Position numbers and translations under genes: made by a program. Below are positions 1 through 8,503 of a stretch of DNA of 64,000 nt, one piece after another. Source of the DNA: an uncultured Bacilli bacterium. Its GTDB lineage: Bacteria; Bacillota_I; Bacilli_A; RF39; UBA660. The notes under the pieces are model-generated. The model made no database searches. It had not been told where the DNA came from and was given only the letters and a program-made list of their open reading frames with translations. Location of the stretch: NCBI GenBank assembly GCA_947624565.1, contig CANQKX010000004.1, forward strand, positions 3,273 through 67,272, given 5' to 3'. Numbering within the stretch: position 1 is the stretch's first letter; the number at the start of each line of letters is the position of its first letter.

Positions 1-231
1 TTTTCATCCTTAAATTTGTTACGCTTAATGCAACTAATCGTGTAACTTACTGCTATAATCATATCATTAAATTCATAATGCTGAAGTAGATTTTCGAATA
101 GAGCATCAAATAAGTATAAATCAAATTCATTATCACTTGAAATAAACTTTCTTCTAATAAGTTCTCTTGTAAAAAAGTGATGTGTTTGGGGTGTTTTATC
201 ATTTTTCATAAATTTTCTTGTATCTTGGTTC
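1..231 (-). CDS. Partial hypothetical CDS; the N-terminal part lies in the window and the 3' end runs off the left edge
   Basis: A minus-strand ATG at 231..229 opens a reading frame through position 1 (MNQDTRKFMKNDKTPQTHHFFTRELIRRKF...). It is absent from the ORF track because no stop lies in the window. No family was recognised. Confidence 0.25.
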
Positions 232-331
232 ATTTTTCCATTATCTAAACTCCTAATCTAATACATTTAAACTTAGTAAGATAATAAAAGTCAATAGAGT
301 TATAAGATTATCCTATTAAAAATTAGTTGTA

Positions 332-361
332 AAAAATAGAGCAACCCATGATTCGGTTGCT
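332..361 (-). terminator. Rho-independent terminator after the paralog pair
   Basis: A GC-containing hairpin, agcaacc-catgattc-ggttgct, sits immediately after the stop codon at 362-364. On the minus strand a T-run follows it (ctatttttt). Confidence 0.5.
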
Positions 362-802
362 TTACTCACACATACTTAATATTCTATTTGTCACCGCATC
401 CAGATCTTCTGCTTGAATCATGTTATCCAGCTCTCCAGTTGCACGCAACTCTTCAATCAAAGATATAACTGAATCAAGCATTTCAGGAGGATGCTTAATA
501 CTATCTCCCTGATAAACAATTTTGATGATCTTTTTATAGAATTCTCTATCAGTACTAACAAAACCTCCATCAGTATCACGATTGCATTTAACTAAACATT
601 TTGCATCAAAACTATCAGTTAAATGTGGGGGTTCGTACTCAATAACCAGTTTCCTCAACTTTTCCATAGTTGCTCTCTTCAAAACAAACAACTTCTTCTG
701 CTTGTTGTCAACAACATAACCATCTTGCTTAACAGTTACTGAATACAAACCATTATTTCTTTCTGTAACAAGCATAAGTAACCAATTAATATTGTTCTTC
801 AT
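362..802 (-). CDS. Hypothetical protein; downstream member of a tandem paralog pair of unknown family
   Basis: The 146-aa ORF has a GGGGAG SD 7 nt upstream. Its N-terminal half aligns by eye with the 808..1191 protein (MK..W...; YSVTVKQDGYVVDN vs YTLSVFPDGTIYGN; VLKRATMEKLRKLV vs LLTDDAIAKIQALV). G+C is visibly higher than in the rest of the window. Confidence 0.5.
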   Translation of the reverse strand: MKNNINWLLMLVTERNNGLYSVTVKQDGYVVDNKQKKLFVLKRATMEKLRKLVIEYEPPHLTDSFDAKCLVKCNRDTDGGFVSTDREFYKKIIKIVYQGDSIKHPPEMLDSVISLIEELRATGELDNMIQAEDLDAVTNRILSMCE

Positions 803-807
803 CAGAG

Positions 808-1191
808 TTACTCCCCATAAAAAGTTTCTAAAACTGAAATCAGGTCATCCCTTCCACCGAACGCCTTATCAATATTTGACTCATTAAATATAACACGCAT
901 AACATCTTCAGCATAACGCCAACCTTTAACCTTTAATTCACGCCTTTTGTTACTAATATCCCAAAATTTAACTATTAATCCAGTTGGATCCTGAACATCA
1001 TATCCATAATTCTTAATAATGGATAAATCCTCATGAACTAAGGCTTGAATCTTTGCAATTGCATCATCAGTTAACAGGCAAACCTTATGTCCACACTCAT
1101 TCCCATATATGGTTCCATCAGGAAACACACTAAGCGTGTACTTCGTTCTAGGATTTTGAATCTTAATAAGCCAATGTGTAACAGCTTTCAT
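808..1191 (-). CDS. Hypothetical protein; upstream member of the tandem paralog pair
   Basis: The 127-aa ORF lies 5 nt upstream of its paralog, so the two probably form an operon. No known motif was recognised. Nucleotide composition is atypical for this window. Confidence 0.5.
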   Translation of the reverse strand: MKAVTHWLIKIQNPRTKYTLSVFPDGTIYGNECGHKVCLLTDDAIAKIQALVHEDLSIIKNYGYDVQDPTGLIVKFWDISNKRRELKVKGWRYAEDVMRVIFNESNIDKAFGGRDDLISVLETFYGE

Positions 1192-1442
1192 AACACGTAC
1201 CTTTCTATAATTCTCAAACAGCCATTATTTGACCACTTTCAAGCCCTTTGAGAACCCTTAACCAAGTGGCTAGAACAAATACCCATATAACCAGCAATAT
1301 CGCTCAAATAAGGCATTATTTAGGCTTCTTCTTATTCCAACTACTTAAGTTGGAGACACTAAGGTCTTCCAAATCATCATAAACTATCTCTTCAAATATT
1401 TTTCTAGTTAAAATATCTTAAACTTTGTTTTGGTTCTGTATA

Positions 1443-1628
1443 TTAATTAGTTTCTGTATATAATCTTGCTTCCTCTAATTTCTTATTCTTCTTTAAATTA
1501 AATTGAATCTTTAAAAAATGAATTGAAATTATTAGTAGTATTGGTATTAGAATTGTGAGCATTAGTATTATTGATAATCGTGCGTTTATTGGGGTTGCAC
1601 TTCCTCGCCTCGCCATAAGACATCCCAT
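1443..1628 (-). CDS. Possible small hydrophobic membrane peptide (61 aa)
   Basis: It has a single strongly hydrophobic stretch (LSIILMLTILIPILLIISIHFLKI) with a charged C-terminus. No SD precedes it and the 5' codons are GC-rich. It may be spurious. Confidence 0.2.
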   Translation of the reverse strand: MGCLMARRGSATPINARLSIILMLTILIPILLIISIHFLKIQFNLKKNKKLEEARLYTETN

Positions 1629-2014
1629 ATCGAAGTTGTAATATTCTACGCTGTAAATGTAACAGCTTGCTAAGCTATCATATTAATATATAAAAAATAT
1701 CTAAATTACTAGGAAATTATATGAATTACGTATTTGTAACTTAAATACTTTCATTTCAACTATTGAGGTAGAGAATAAGTTGAAACTATTCATTACATTA
1801 ATTGATAGCTCACACAAGTTGTCATATTACTATACGAAATTAATTAGAGAAATTACAAAAAAGTATCAAAAAATTATTATTTTCATTAATTCTACTATAA
1901 AATCTTCACTAAAAAATACTCAAATCAAAATTTCAAAAACGTTTCTTGGCCCTACTTGGTTATACTTTTGAACAAGCATAAAATATGCTAAAAAGCATTT
2001 TATTAGTTCTGTGT

Positions 2015-2046
2015 GTATTCTCTTATTTAGATTTAAATGTTATAAT
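2015..2046 (+). promoter_or_regulatory. Putative sigma-A promoter with extended -10 for the methyltransferase gene
   Basis: The sequence tgtTATAAT (TG at 2038-2039, TATAAT at 2041-2046) sits ~30 nt upstream of the GGAGG SD at 2066-2070. Confidence 0.4.
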
Positions 2047-2077
2047 ATCCATTGAATTAGGAAATGGAGGAATGCTA

Positions 2078-4264
2078 ATGTCAAAAGACAAAAAAACTGT
2101 AATAAGAAACTTAAATAAAGCATTGAAAGAATTTGATAGTAAAAATAAAGAAAACACATATCAAAACTATATCTTCGTAATCTTATTCTATCGCTACCTA
2201 TCTATCGATATAGTGAAGTATGTAAAAAATAAATACAATAAAAATTACGAAAAATTATCTAACACTGAAGCTGAAGAATTAAAAAATGAAATTATAAGTG
2301 ACAAAGACTATTTCATTTTACCAAGTGAATTATTTCAAAATGTTATTAAAGAAAGACAAGATGATCCTTACTTAGATTCAGTTATAAATAGTATCTTCAA
2401 TAAAATAAGAAAATCGTCTAAATATGATATTTGTGATATATTTAAAAATATTGACGTTGAAGATGAAAAACTAGGGCATAGCAATGAAGAACGAAGTCAG
2501 GCTTTATCCGTAGCATTAAAATCTATTGGCAATATTAAGTACGACTTTGATGATTCTGAATTCGATCTATTTGGGCTTGTCTATGAATTATTACTTAATA
2601 AATATGATGATAATCTAAAAATCAGTTTAGGTAATGGTGTATATTATACTCAAAGTACATTAGTTAAACTACTAATAGAAATTAGCCAATTATATGTATC
2701 TAATCCCAAGAATGTATACGATCCAACATGTGGAAGCGGTTCTTTACTAGTTGAATACTCAAAGTTCAATAATAAAATTTCTTTTTATGGTCAAGAATTA
2801 TTAAGTGTTCCATATGGTTTATGCAAAATGAATATGATCTTACATGGTGTAAAAGACTATCATATTACCAATGCTGATACTTTACTTACCTATAGCAAAA
2901 GCGATAAAGAAAAGTATGAACTAATACTATCTAATCCACCTTTCTCTGTTAGTTGGAATACACCATCCATAAATGATGAACGTTTCAATAATATTCCTGT
3001 CCTTCCACCTAAGAATTACGCTGACTATGCTTTTATTTACCATATACTATATACATTAAACCAAAATGGTGTGGCATTAGTAATTAATGGACCAGCTATG
3101 CTAAGTAGAACATTAAAAGGTAATGATGAAACTTCAATACGTGAACATCTAGTAAAAGAAAATGTAATTGATACTATAATTCAGCTACCAAACAACTTTT
3201 TCCTAAGAACTAGTATTGGAGCATGCTTATTTGTATTAAGAAAGAATAAAGCTGATAAAAATATATTATTTATTGACGCAACATCTATATATACTACTTC
3301 TGGTCATACAAAAACATTCAATGATGCCAATGTAGAAAATATCATTGATATAATAAAACATAGAGAAAATATCGATGATTTATCTTATTTAGCAACACCT
3401 GAAGAAATAGCAGACAACAATTATACCTTCTCCATTGAATCATATATAAATTACAAAAAAAAGAAAACTTTCAAAAAAACAACTACTAATTTATTAACTC
3501 CCAAATTATTACAAGAATTAGAGTATCAAAATGCTAGAAGATATAAATACTTCTTTAATCAACTAAAAGATATGGATGCAAAGCTTCCAGAAATCATTAA
3601 GAAATTAACAAATGATCGTGATATACAAACAGTTAAATTGAGCGATATAGCTGTCTCAATAAAATCAGGAACAAAACTTACACAAATTGGGGCAATTAGT
3701 AATGATGATTTTCCATACTACTATATTACATCAAAGGAAATAGAAAATGGTTCAATTATCCCTATTAGCACTAGAAAAAGTGGTGATGGTAGAGATATAA
3801 AAGGCACCCAAAAGATCAATAAAGAAGCTTTAAAAGAACTATTAAGATTGTCTAACTTGGAAAAAGGCGACATACTCTTTACTCTATCCGAAACTGGTCC
3901 TAAAGTTGCTATAGTAAATAGAACTGACTTTGGTTTCAACCATTCAATCTATATTCTTAAACCAAAAAAAGATAAAATTAATCCTTTGTTCTTAAGATAT
4001 ATGTTGGAATCTGACTATATGAAAAATCAAATATCAAATAAATTATCTCATGCTAATGCAAAGTCTATAAAGATAGAAGAATTCAGAAATTTAACTATAC
4101 CAGATATACCATTAGAATCACAAGAACAAATAGCTTCATTATTAGAAAAATTACAAGGTGAGTATACAATGACTATGGATAGTTATATTTATGAAGAATA
4201 CTTATATAAAGAAATATATAATAATTATAAGAATCAATTTTTTAATGACATAACTAAAAAATAA
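2078..4264 (+). CDS. Type I-like DNA N6-adenine methyltransferase fused to a single HsdS target-recognition domain (M-S fusion, ~729 aa); no restriction subunit is present
   Basis: The tracked ORF begins at 1985, but GGAGG at 2066-2070 is correctly spaced only for the ATG at 2078 (MSKDKK). The N-terminus is HsdM_N-like. Motif I is VYDPTCGSGSLLV and motif IV is LSNPPFS. The methylase ends in an HsdM-like tail (NNYTFSIESYI). About 280 further residues follow with HsdS features (VKLSDIAVSIKSG..., conserved PLESQEQIASLLEKL). Confidence 0.8.
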   Translation: MSKDKKTVIRNLNKALKEFDSKNKENTYQNYIFVILFYRYLSIDIVKYVKNKYNKNYEKLSNTEAEELKNEIISDKDYFILPSELFQNVIKERQDDPYLDSVINSIFNKIRKSSKYDICDIFKNIDVEDEKLGHSNEERSQALSVALKSIGNIKYDFDDSEFDLFGLVYELLLNKYDDNLKISLGNGVYYTQSTLVKLLIEISQLYVSNPKNVYDPTCGSGSLLVEYSKFNNKISFYGQELLSVPYGLCKMNMILHGVKDYHITNADTLLTYSKSDKEKYELILSNPPFSVSWNTPSINDERFNNIPVLPPKNYADYAFIYHILYTLNQNGVALVINGPAMLSRTLKGNDETSIREHLVKENVIDTIIQLPNNFFLRTSIGACLFVLRKNKADKNILFIDATSIYTTSGHTKTFNDANVENIIDIIKHRENIDDLSYLATPEEIADNNYTFSIESYINYKKKKTFKKTTTNLLTPKLLQELEYQNARRYKYFFNQLKDMDAKLPEIIKKLTNDRDIQTVKLSDIAVSIKSGTKLTQIGAISNDDFPYYYITSKEIENGSIIPISTRKSGDGRDIKGTQKINKEALKELLRLSNLEKGDILFTLSETGPKVAIVNRTDFGFNHSIYILKPKKDKINPLFLRYMLESDYMKNQISNKLSHANAKSIKIEEFRNLTIPDIPLESQEQIASLLEKLQGEYTMTMDSYIYEEYLYKEIYNNYKNQFFNDITKK

Positions 4265-4300
4265 AGGAAAGAGAAATAAAAACTCTTTCCTTTGTTTATA
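4263..4300. terminator. Bidirectional rho-independent terminator between the convergent MTase and ParB-like genes
   Basis: The perfect inverted repeat aaaggaaagag-aaataaaaa-ctctttccttt is followed by a T-rich tract. Confidence 0.6.
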
Positions 4301-4330
4301 TTGTTTACAAGATCAATAGGCTTTATTATC

Positions 4331-5182
4331 TTACTTATCTCTATTTCTATATGATTTAATGGCATTGATAATATAATCTTCAATATAACGTTTGTCTCTC
4401 TTAGTTAATTCATATGGTAAAGCCTGCTCTATTCTATCCCTATTAAATGATATTTTATCGTGTTGATTACCTTTCTCCTCAGCTAATATATTCTCTACAA
4501 TATCCGCACTGAGTTGCTTTGACTCACTTAACTTCCTTATTCTTATTGTCTGAGCATGAGAAGGACTTAAATCATCATAAACCATTGTTGAATAGACTAG
4601 CATCTGTTCATCCTTATTTAGGTATGATAGCTCTACAGCAGGCTTTATACCCATAGTAATATTATGCTTATCATTAAATCTAGCTGTATTATCGACTATC
4701 TTTAATAATTCAGGTATTAAATAAGTTAATCTAATGAATCTATATATTTGTGTCTTAGTGTCATTAATACCATTTAAAAGCTTTGTTCCCTTAGGGAACG
4801 AAGTATCTAATTTCTTTCCCTGGTGTTTCATGGCGTCCATTTTCATCTTGTAAGCAAAGGCACGCTCACTAGGCAATAATTTCTCCCTTTGAAGATTAGA
4901 ATCAACCATAAATATAACTGCTTCATCATCCGTTAAATCCTTAACATAGGCATCAACATATTCTTCGCCATTAAGTTCTAAAGCCTTTAATCTTCTATGT
5001 CCAGAAAGCATCTCGTACTTGCTACCTTTTGCTCTAACTACAACAGGATTTAACAAACCATTATCTTTAATACTCTGAGCCAATTCATTTAATAATGCAT
5101 CTACTTCTACAATAAATGGATGATTCTTAAATGGTTCTATATCAACAATTTTAATCTTCTTTAACTCGCTCATCTCTATCAC
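4331..5182 (-). CDS. ParB/Spo0J/Noc-family DNA-binding protein (ParB N-terminal domain plus HTH)
   Basis: The N-terminal ParB/Srx arginine patch is LSGHRRLKALEL. The HTH region ends in LSPSHAQTIR, matching the ParB LSxGHARAL signature. No parA-like ATPase lies adjacent. Confidence 0.7.
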   Translation of the reverse strand: MIEMSELKKIKIVDIEPFKNHPFIVEVDALLNELAQSIKDNGLLNPVVVRAKGSKYEMLSGHRRLKALELNGEEYVDAYVKDLTDDEAVIFMVDSNLQREKLLPSERAFAYKMKMDAMKHQGKKLDTSFPKGTKLLNGINDTKTQIYRFIRLTYLIPELLKIVDNTARFNDKHNITMGIKPAVELSYLNKDEQMLVYSTMVYDDLSPSHAQTIRIRKLSESKQLSADIVENILAEEKGNQHDKISFNRDRIEQALPYELTKRDKRYIEDYIINAIKSYRNRDK

Positions 5183-5666
5183 CTAAAGAATAAGTTATCT
5201 TCCATTCAATGTAATCAGCATATTTTATCTCTCTTCTCTTTCTCTTCTTCCTCATCAAATCCCATTGATTGACAAATGCTCTAATAATATTTAAGAATGC
5301 TTCATCACCAGTAGAAACATCAGATAAATCAAAACGATAATTTGGAAGTAATTCCTCCAACCATAATAAAGTATATATGAGATCAATTGGTTCCTTATAG
5401 TTATATTGCTTAATTGCTTCATAACTAACATTTAACAATTCAGCTATCTTCTTTGTTCTTGATATATTGGGGTTCCTATCTCCCTTCTCATATCTTGTCA
5501 TTGTACGTCTCCTATTATCACCTTTAGCACCTAATAAACCAGCTATTTCATCCTGAGTCTTGGATCTAAACTGTCTAACAAAAGCTATACGAGAGCCTTG
5601 CGATAAATCTCTTAAAATTGGCCTAGAATACATTAATTTCATTAGTAAATACCTCCTATTATTCAT
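5151..5666 (-). CDS. XRE-family helix-turn-helix DNA-binding protein
   Basis: The HTH_XRE-like segment is TQDEIAGLLG...TMTRYEKGDRNPNISRTKKIAELLNVSYEAI. The gene overlaps the downstream ParB-like start by ~30 nt, implying an operon. Confidence 0.5.
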   Translation of the reverse strand: MNNRRYLLMKLMYSRPILRDLSQGSRIAFVRQFRSKTQDEIAGLLGAKGDNRRRTMTRYEKGDRNPNISRTKKIAELLNVSYEAIKQYNYKEPIDLIYTLLWLEELLPNYRFDLSDVSTGDEAFLNIIRAFVNQWDLMRKKRKRREIKYADYIEWKITYSLGDRDERVKED

Positions 5667-5797
5667 CGCAGAATATCATCAAAAAAGACTAAATCAGCGA
5701 ATATATGCGATTATATATTCAGACTTAGTCTACATTTTATTATTAAGCTCAACAAATAATTGGGTATTAACACGATAAACTTAAGTATTATCGGCTA

Positions 5798-8437
5798 TTA
5801 TAAGTTCCTCCCATTTTTGATAGCAGCTTGTGCTGCGGCTAATCTTGCAATTGGAACTCTAAATGGAGAACAAGATACATATGTTAATCCAATATTATGA
5901 CAGAATTCAATAGTTGATGGATCCCCCCCATGTTCACCACAAATTCCTAAATGAATATCAGGTCTTGTTTTTTTACCATTTTCAACTGCCATTTTAACTA
6001 ATTGACCAACACCATTTTGATCAAGTTTAGCAAATGGATCTGACTCATAGATTTTATTTGAATAATAACTATCTAAGAATTTACCTGCATCATCACGAGA
6101 AAAACCGAATGTCATTTGTGTTAAATCATTTGTACCAAATGAGAAGAATTCTGCTGATTTAGCTATATCACCAGCAAGTAATGCTGCCCTTGGTATTTCA
6201 ATCATAGTTCCTATATGATATTTAATATCTGAATTTTTCTCTTTTTTAACTTGCTCTGCAGTTTTTACTACTATATCTTTTACAAAATCTAACTCCTTTT
6301 TTTCACCAACAAGTGGAATCATTATTTCTGGTTCAATTGAAAAACCATCTTCCTCACTTACTTCAATTGCTGCTTCAATTAAAGCTCTTGTTTGCATTTT
6401 AGCAATTTCAGGATAAGTAACTGCTAAACGACATCCTCTATGACCCATCATTGGATTAAATTCATGTAAATAATTAATTTTATCTGTTAATTTTTCTACT
6501 GAAACACCCATATCTTTTGCAAGAGCTTTAATATCTTCTTCATTAGTTGGTAAAAATTCATGTAAAGGTGGATCTAAATAACGAACTGTCATTGGTAATC
6601 CTTTTAACTCTTTATACATTGCTTTAAAATCACCTTTTTGAAATGGAATTAATTCATTTAAAGCACTTTCTCTTTCTTCAACAGTATCAGATAAAATCAT
6701 TTTCCTTATTTTAGGTATTCTTTCTTCATCAAAGAACATGTGTTCTGTACGACATAAACCAATACCTTGTGCACCTAATCTAACTGCATTTGCAGTATCT
6801 CTTGGATTATCAGCATTTGTTCTAACTTGTAATTTTCTAAACTTATCAGCCCATGACATAATTCTACCAAAGTTACCAGATACTGTAGCTTCTTCAGTTT
6901 CAACTTCACCTTTATAAATTTTACCTGTTGAACCATCTAATGAAATATAATCACCTTTTTTGAATGTATATCCTCCAAGAGTAAATTCTTCTTTTTCTTC
7001 ATTTATTTTAATATCACCACATCCTGATACACAACAAGTTCCCATACCACGAGCAACAACTGCAGCATGTGAAGTCATTCCACCACGAACTGTTAATATA
7101 CCTTGTGCAGCAACCATTCCTTCAATATCTTCTGGTGTAGTTTCAAGTCTAACTAATATTACTTTTTCTCCTTTTCCACCAGTACCTAATTTTTTTGCTT
7201 CTTCTGCAGTAAATACTATTTTACCTGTTGCTGCACCTGGAGATGCTGGAAGTGCTGATCCAACTTCTTGTGCCTTACTTAAAATATCTTTATTAAATGT
7301 TGGATGTAATAATTGATCTAATGATTTAGCTTCTATTCTAAGTACTGCTTCTTCTTCAGTAATCATTTTTTCATCAACTAAATCACATGCAATATTAATA
7401 GCGGCTTGAGCTGTTCTTTTACCATTTCTTGTTTGTAAGAAATATAATTTACCTTCTTCAATAGTAAATTCCATATCTTGCATATCACGATAGTGATTTT
7501 CTAGTTTAGTAGCAAGTTTCATAAATTCTTCATAACATTCTGGTAAATCTTCCTTTAATTTAGTTATTGGTTGTGGTGTTCTAACACCTGCAACAACATC
7601 TTCACCTTGTGCATTAATTAAATATTCACCAAATATACCTTTTTCTCCAGTAGATGGATTACGAGTAAATGCAACTCCTGTACCTGATGTATCTCCTTTA
7701 TTACCAAATACCATTGTTTGAACATTAACTGCTGTTCCCCAATCACCTGGAATATCATTCATTCTTCTATAAACGATTGCTCTTGGATTATCCCAAGATC
7801 TAAATACAGCTTTTACTGCACCCATCAATTGTTCTTTAGGATCTTGTGGAAATTCTTCACCATTCATAGTTTCTTTATAAATTTTCTTAAATCTTTCTAC
7901 TAATTCTTTTAAGTCATCAACTGTAAGTTCTGTATCATATTTAATACCTTTATCATTTTTTATTTCATCAATAATTTTTTCAAAATAAGACTTTGGTACT
8001 TCCATAACAACATCTGAATACATTTGAATAAATCTTCTATAAGAATCATATGCAAATCTTTCATTATTTGTTTTTTTTGCAAATCCTACTACTGCTTCAT
8101 CATTTAAACCTAAATTTAATATTGTATCCATCATCCCTGGCATAGATGCCCTTGCTCCTGATCTAACTGAAACAAGTAAAGGATCATTATTATCCCCAAA
8201 TTTCTTACCATTAATTTTTTCTATTTCTTTTAATGCAGTAAATATTTGATCTTGTATTTCGTTAGATATATTCTCCCCATCATTATAATATTCTGTACAA
8301 GCCTCTGTTGTAATAGTAAATCCTTGTGGTATAGGTAAGCCTAAATTAGTCATTTCTGCCAAATTAGCTCCTTTACCTCCAAGTAAATTTCTCATTTCAG
8401 CGTTTCCTTCACTGAATAAATAAACATATTTTTTCAT
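5798..8437 (-). CDS. ppdK: Pyruvate, phosphate dikinase
   Basis: The PEP-utilising His motif is GGMTSHAAVVARGMG. The N-terminus is MKKYVYLFSEGNAEMRNLLGGKGANLAEM. The ORF is full length, so the start was moved to M7 of the tracked ORF. Confidence 0.9.
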   Translation of the reverse strand: MKKYVYLFSEGNAEMRNLLGGKGANLAEMTNLGLPIPQGFTITTEACTEYYNDGENISNEIQDQIFTALKEIEKINGKKFGDNNDPLLVSVRSGARASMPGMMDTILNLGLNDEAVVGFAKKTNNERFAYDSYRRFIQMYSDVVMEVPKSYFEKIIDEIKNDKGIKYDTELTVDDLKELVERFKKIYKETMNGEEFPQDPKEQLMGAVKAVFRSWDNPRAIVYRRMNDIPGDWGTAVNVQTMVFGNKGDTSGTGVAFTRNPSTGEKGIFGEYLINAQGEDVVAGVRTPQPITKLKEDLPECYEEFMKLATKLENHYRDMQDMEFTIEEGKLYFLQTRNGKRTAQAAINIACDLVDEKMITEEEAVLRIEAKSLDQLLHPTFNKDILSKAQEVGSALPASPGAATGKIVFTAEEAKKLGTGGKGEKVILVRLETTPEDIEGMVAAQGILTVRGGMTSHAAVVARGMGTCCVSGCGDIKINEEKEEFTLGGYTFKKGDYISLDGSTGKIYKGEVETEEATVSGNFGRIMSWADKFRKLQVRTNADNPRDTANAVRLGAQGIGLCRTEHMFFDEERIPKIRKMILSDTVEERESALNELIPFQKGDFKAMYKELKGLPMTVRYLDPPLHEFLPTNEEDIKALAKDMGVSVEKLTDKINYLHEFNPMMGHRGCRLAVTYPEIAKMQTRALIEAAIEVSEEDGFSIEPEIMIPLVGEKKELDFVKDIVVKTAEQVKKEKNSDIKYHIGTMIEIPRAALLAGDIAKSAEFFSFGTNDLTQMTFGFSRDDAGKFLDSYYSNKIYESDPFAKLDQNGVGQLVKMAVENGKKTRPDIHLGICGEHGGDPSTIEFCHNIGLTYVSCSPFRVPIARLAAAQAAIKNGRNL

Positions 8438-8461
8438 ACAATCACCCAATACCATTATACC

Positions 8462-8499
8462 AAAAAAAAATGTATTTTCTATAAAAATACACTTTTTTT
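8462..8499 (-). terminator. Rho-independent terminator downstream of the recombinase gene
   Basis: The hairpin tgtatttt-ctata-aaaataca is flanked by an A9 run on one side and a T7 run on the other. Confidence 0.5.
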
Positions 8500-8503
8500 A
8501 CAA

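Noticed and set aside
1192-1442. 250-bp GC-richer non-coding gap, considered as tRNA, sRNA or gene remnant
   Set aside because: There is no tRNA-like cloverleaf or GTTC box. All frames are interrupted by stops. There is no clear promoter or terminator, and at best it is a degraded remnant.
1780-2077. ORF 1780..1971 and the first 31 codons of the tracked 1985..4264 ORF, upstream of the methyltransferase
   Set aside because: These lie in an extremely AT-rich promoter region (an extended -10 at 2038-2046 sits inside them). Only the ATG at 2078 has a correctly spaced GGAGG SD. The upstream peptide sequence (MLKSILLVLCVFSYLDLNVIISIELGNGG) is unlike an HsdM N-terminus.
3453-3475. A8 and A7 homopolymer tracts at the MTase/TRD junction, as a slipped-strand phase-variation switch
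   Set aside because: In a ~26% G+C genome, A7-A8 runs within Lys codons are expected by chance. Without population data this is only speculation, and it is kept as a note in the methyltransferase finding.
6960-7903. Antisense ORFs 6960..7316 and 7718..7903 inside ppdK
   Set aside because: These are shadow ORFs opposite a well-supported, motif-verified CDS. They are low-complexity and have no SD.
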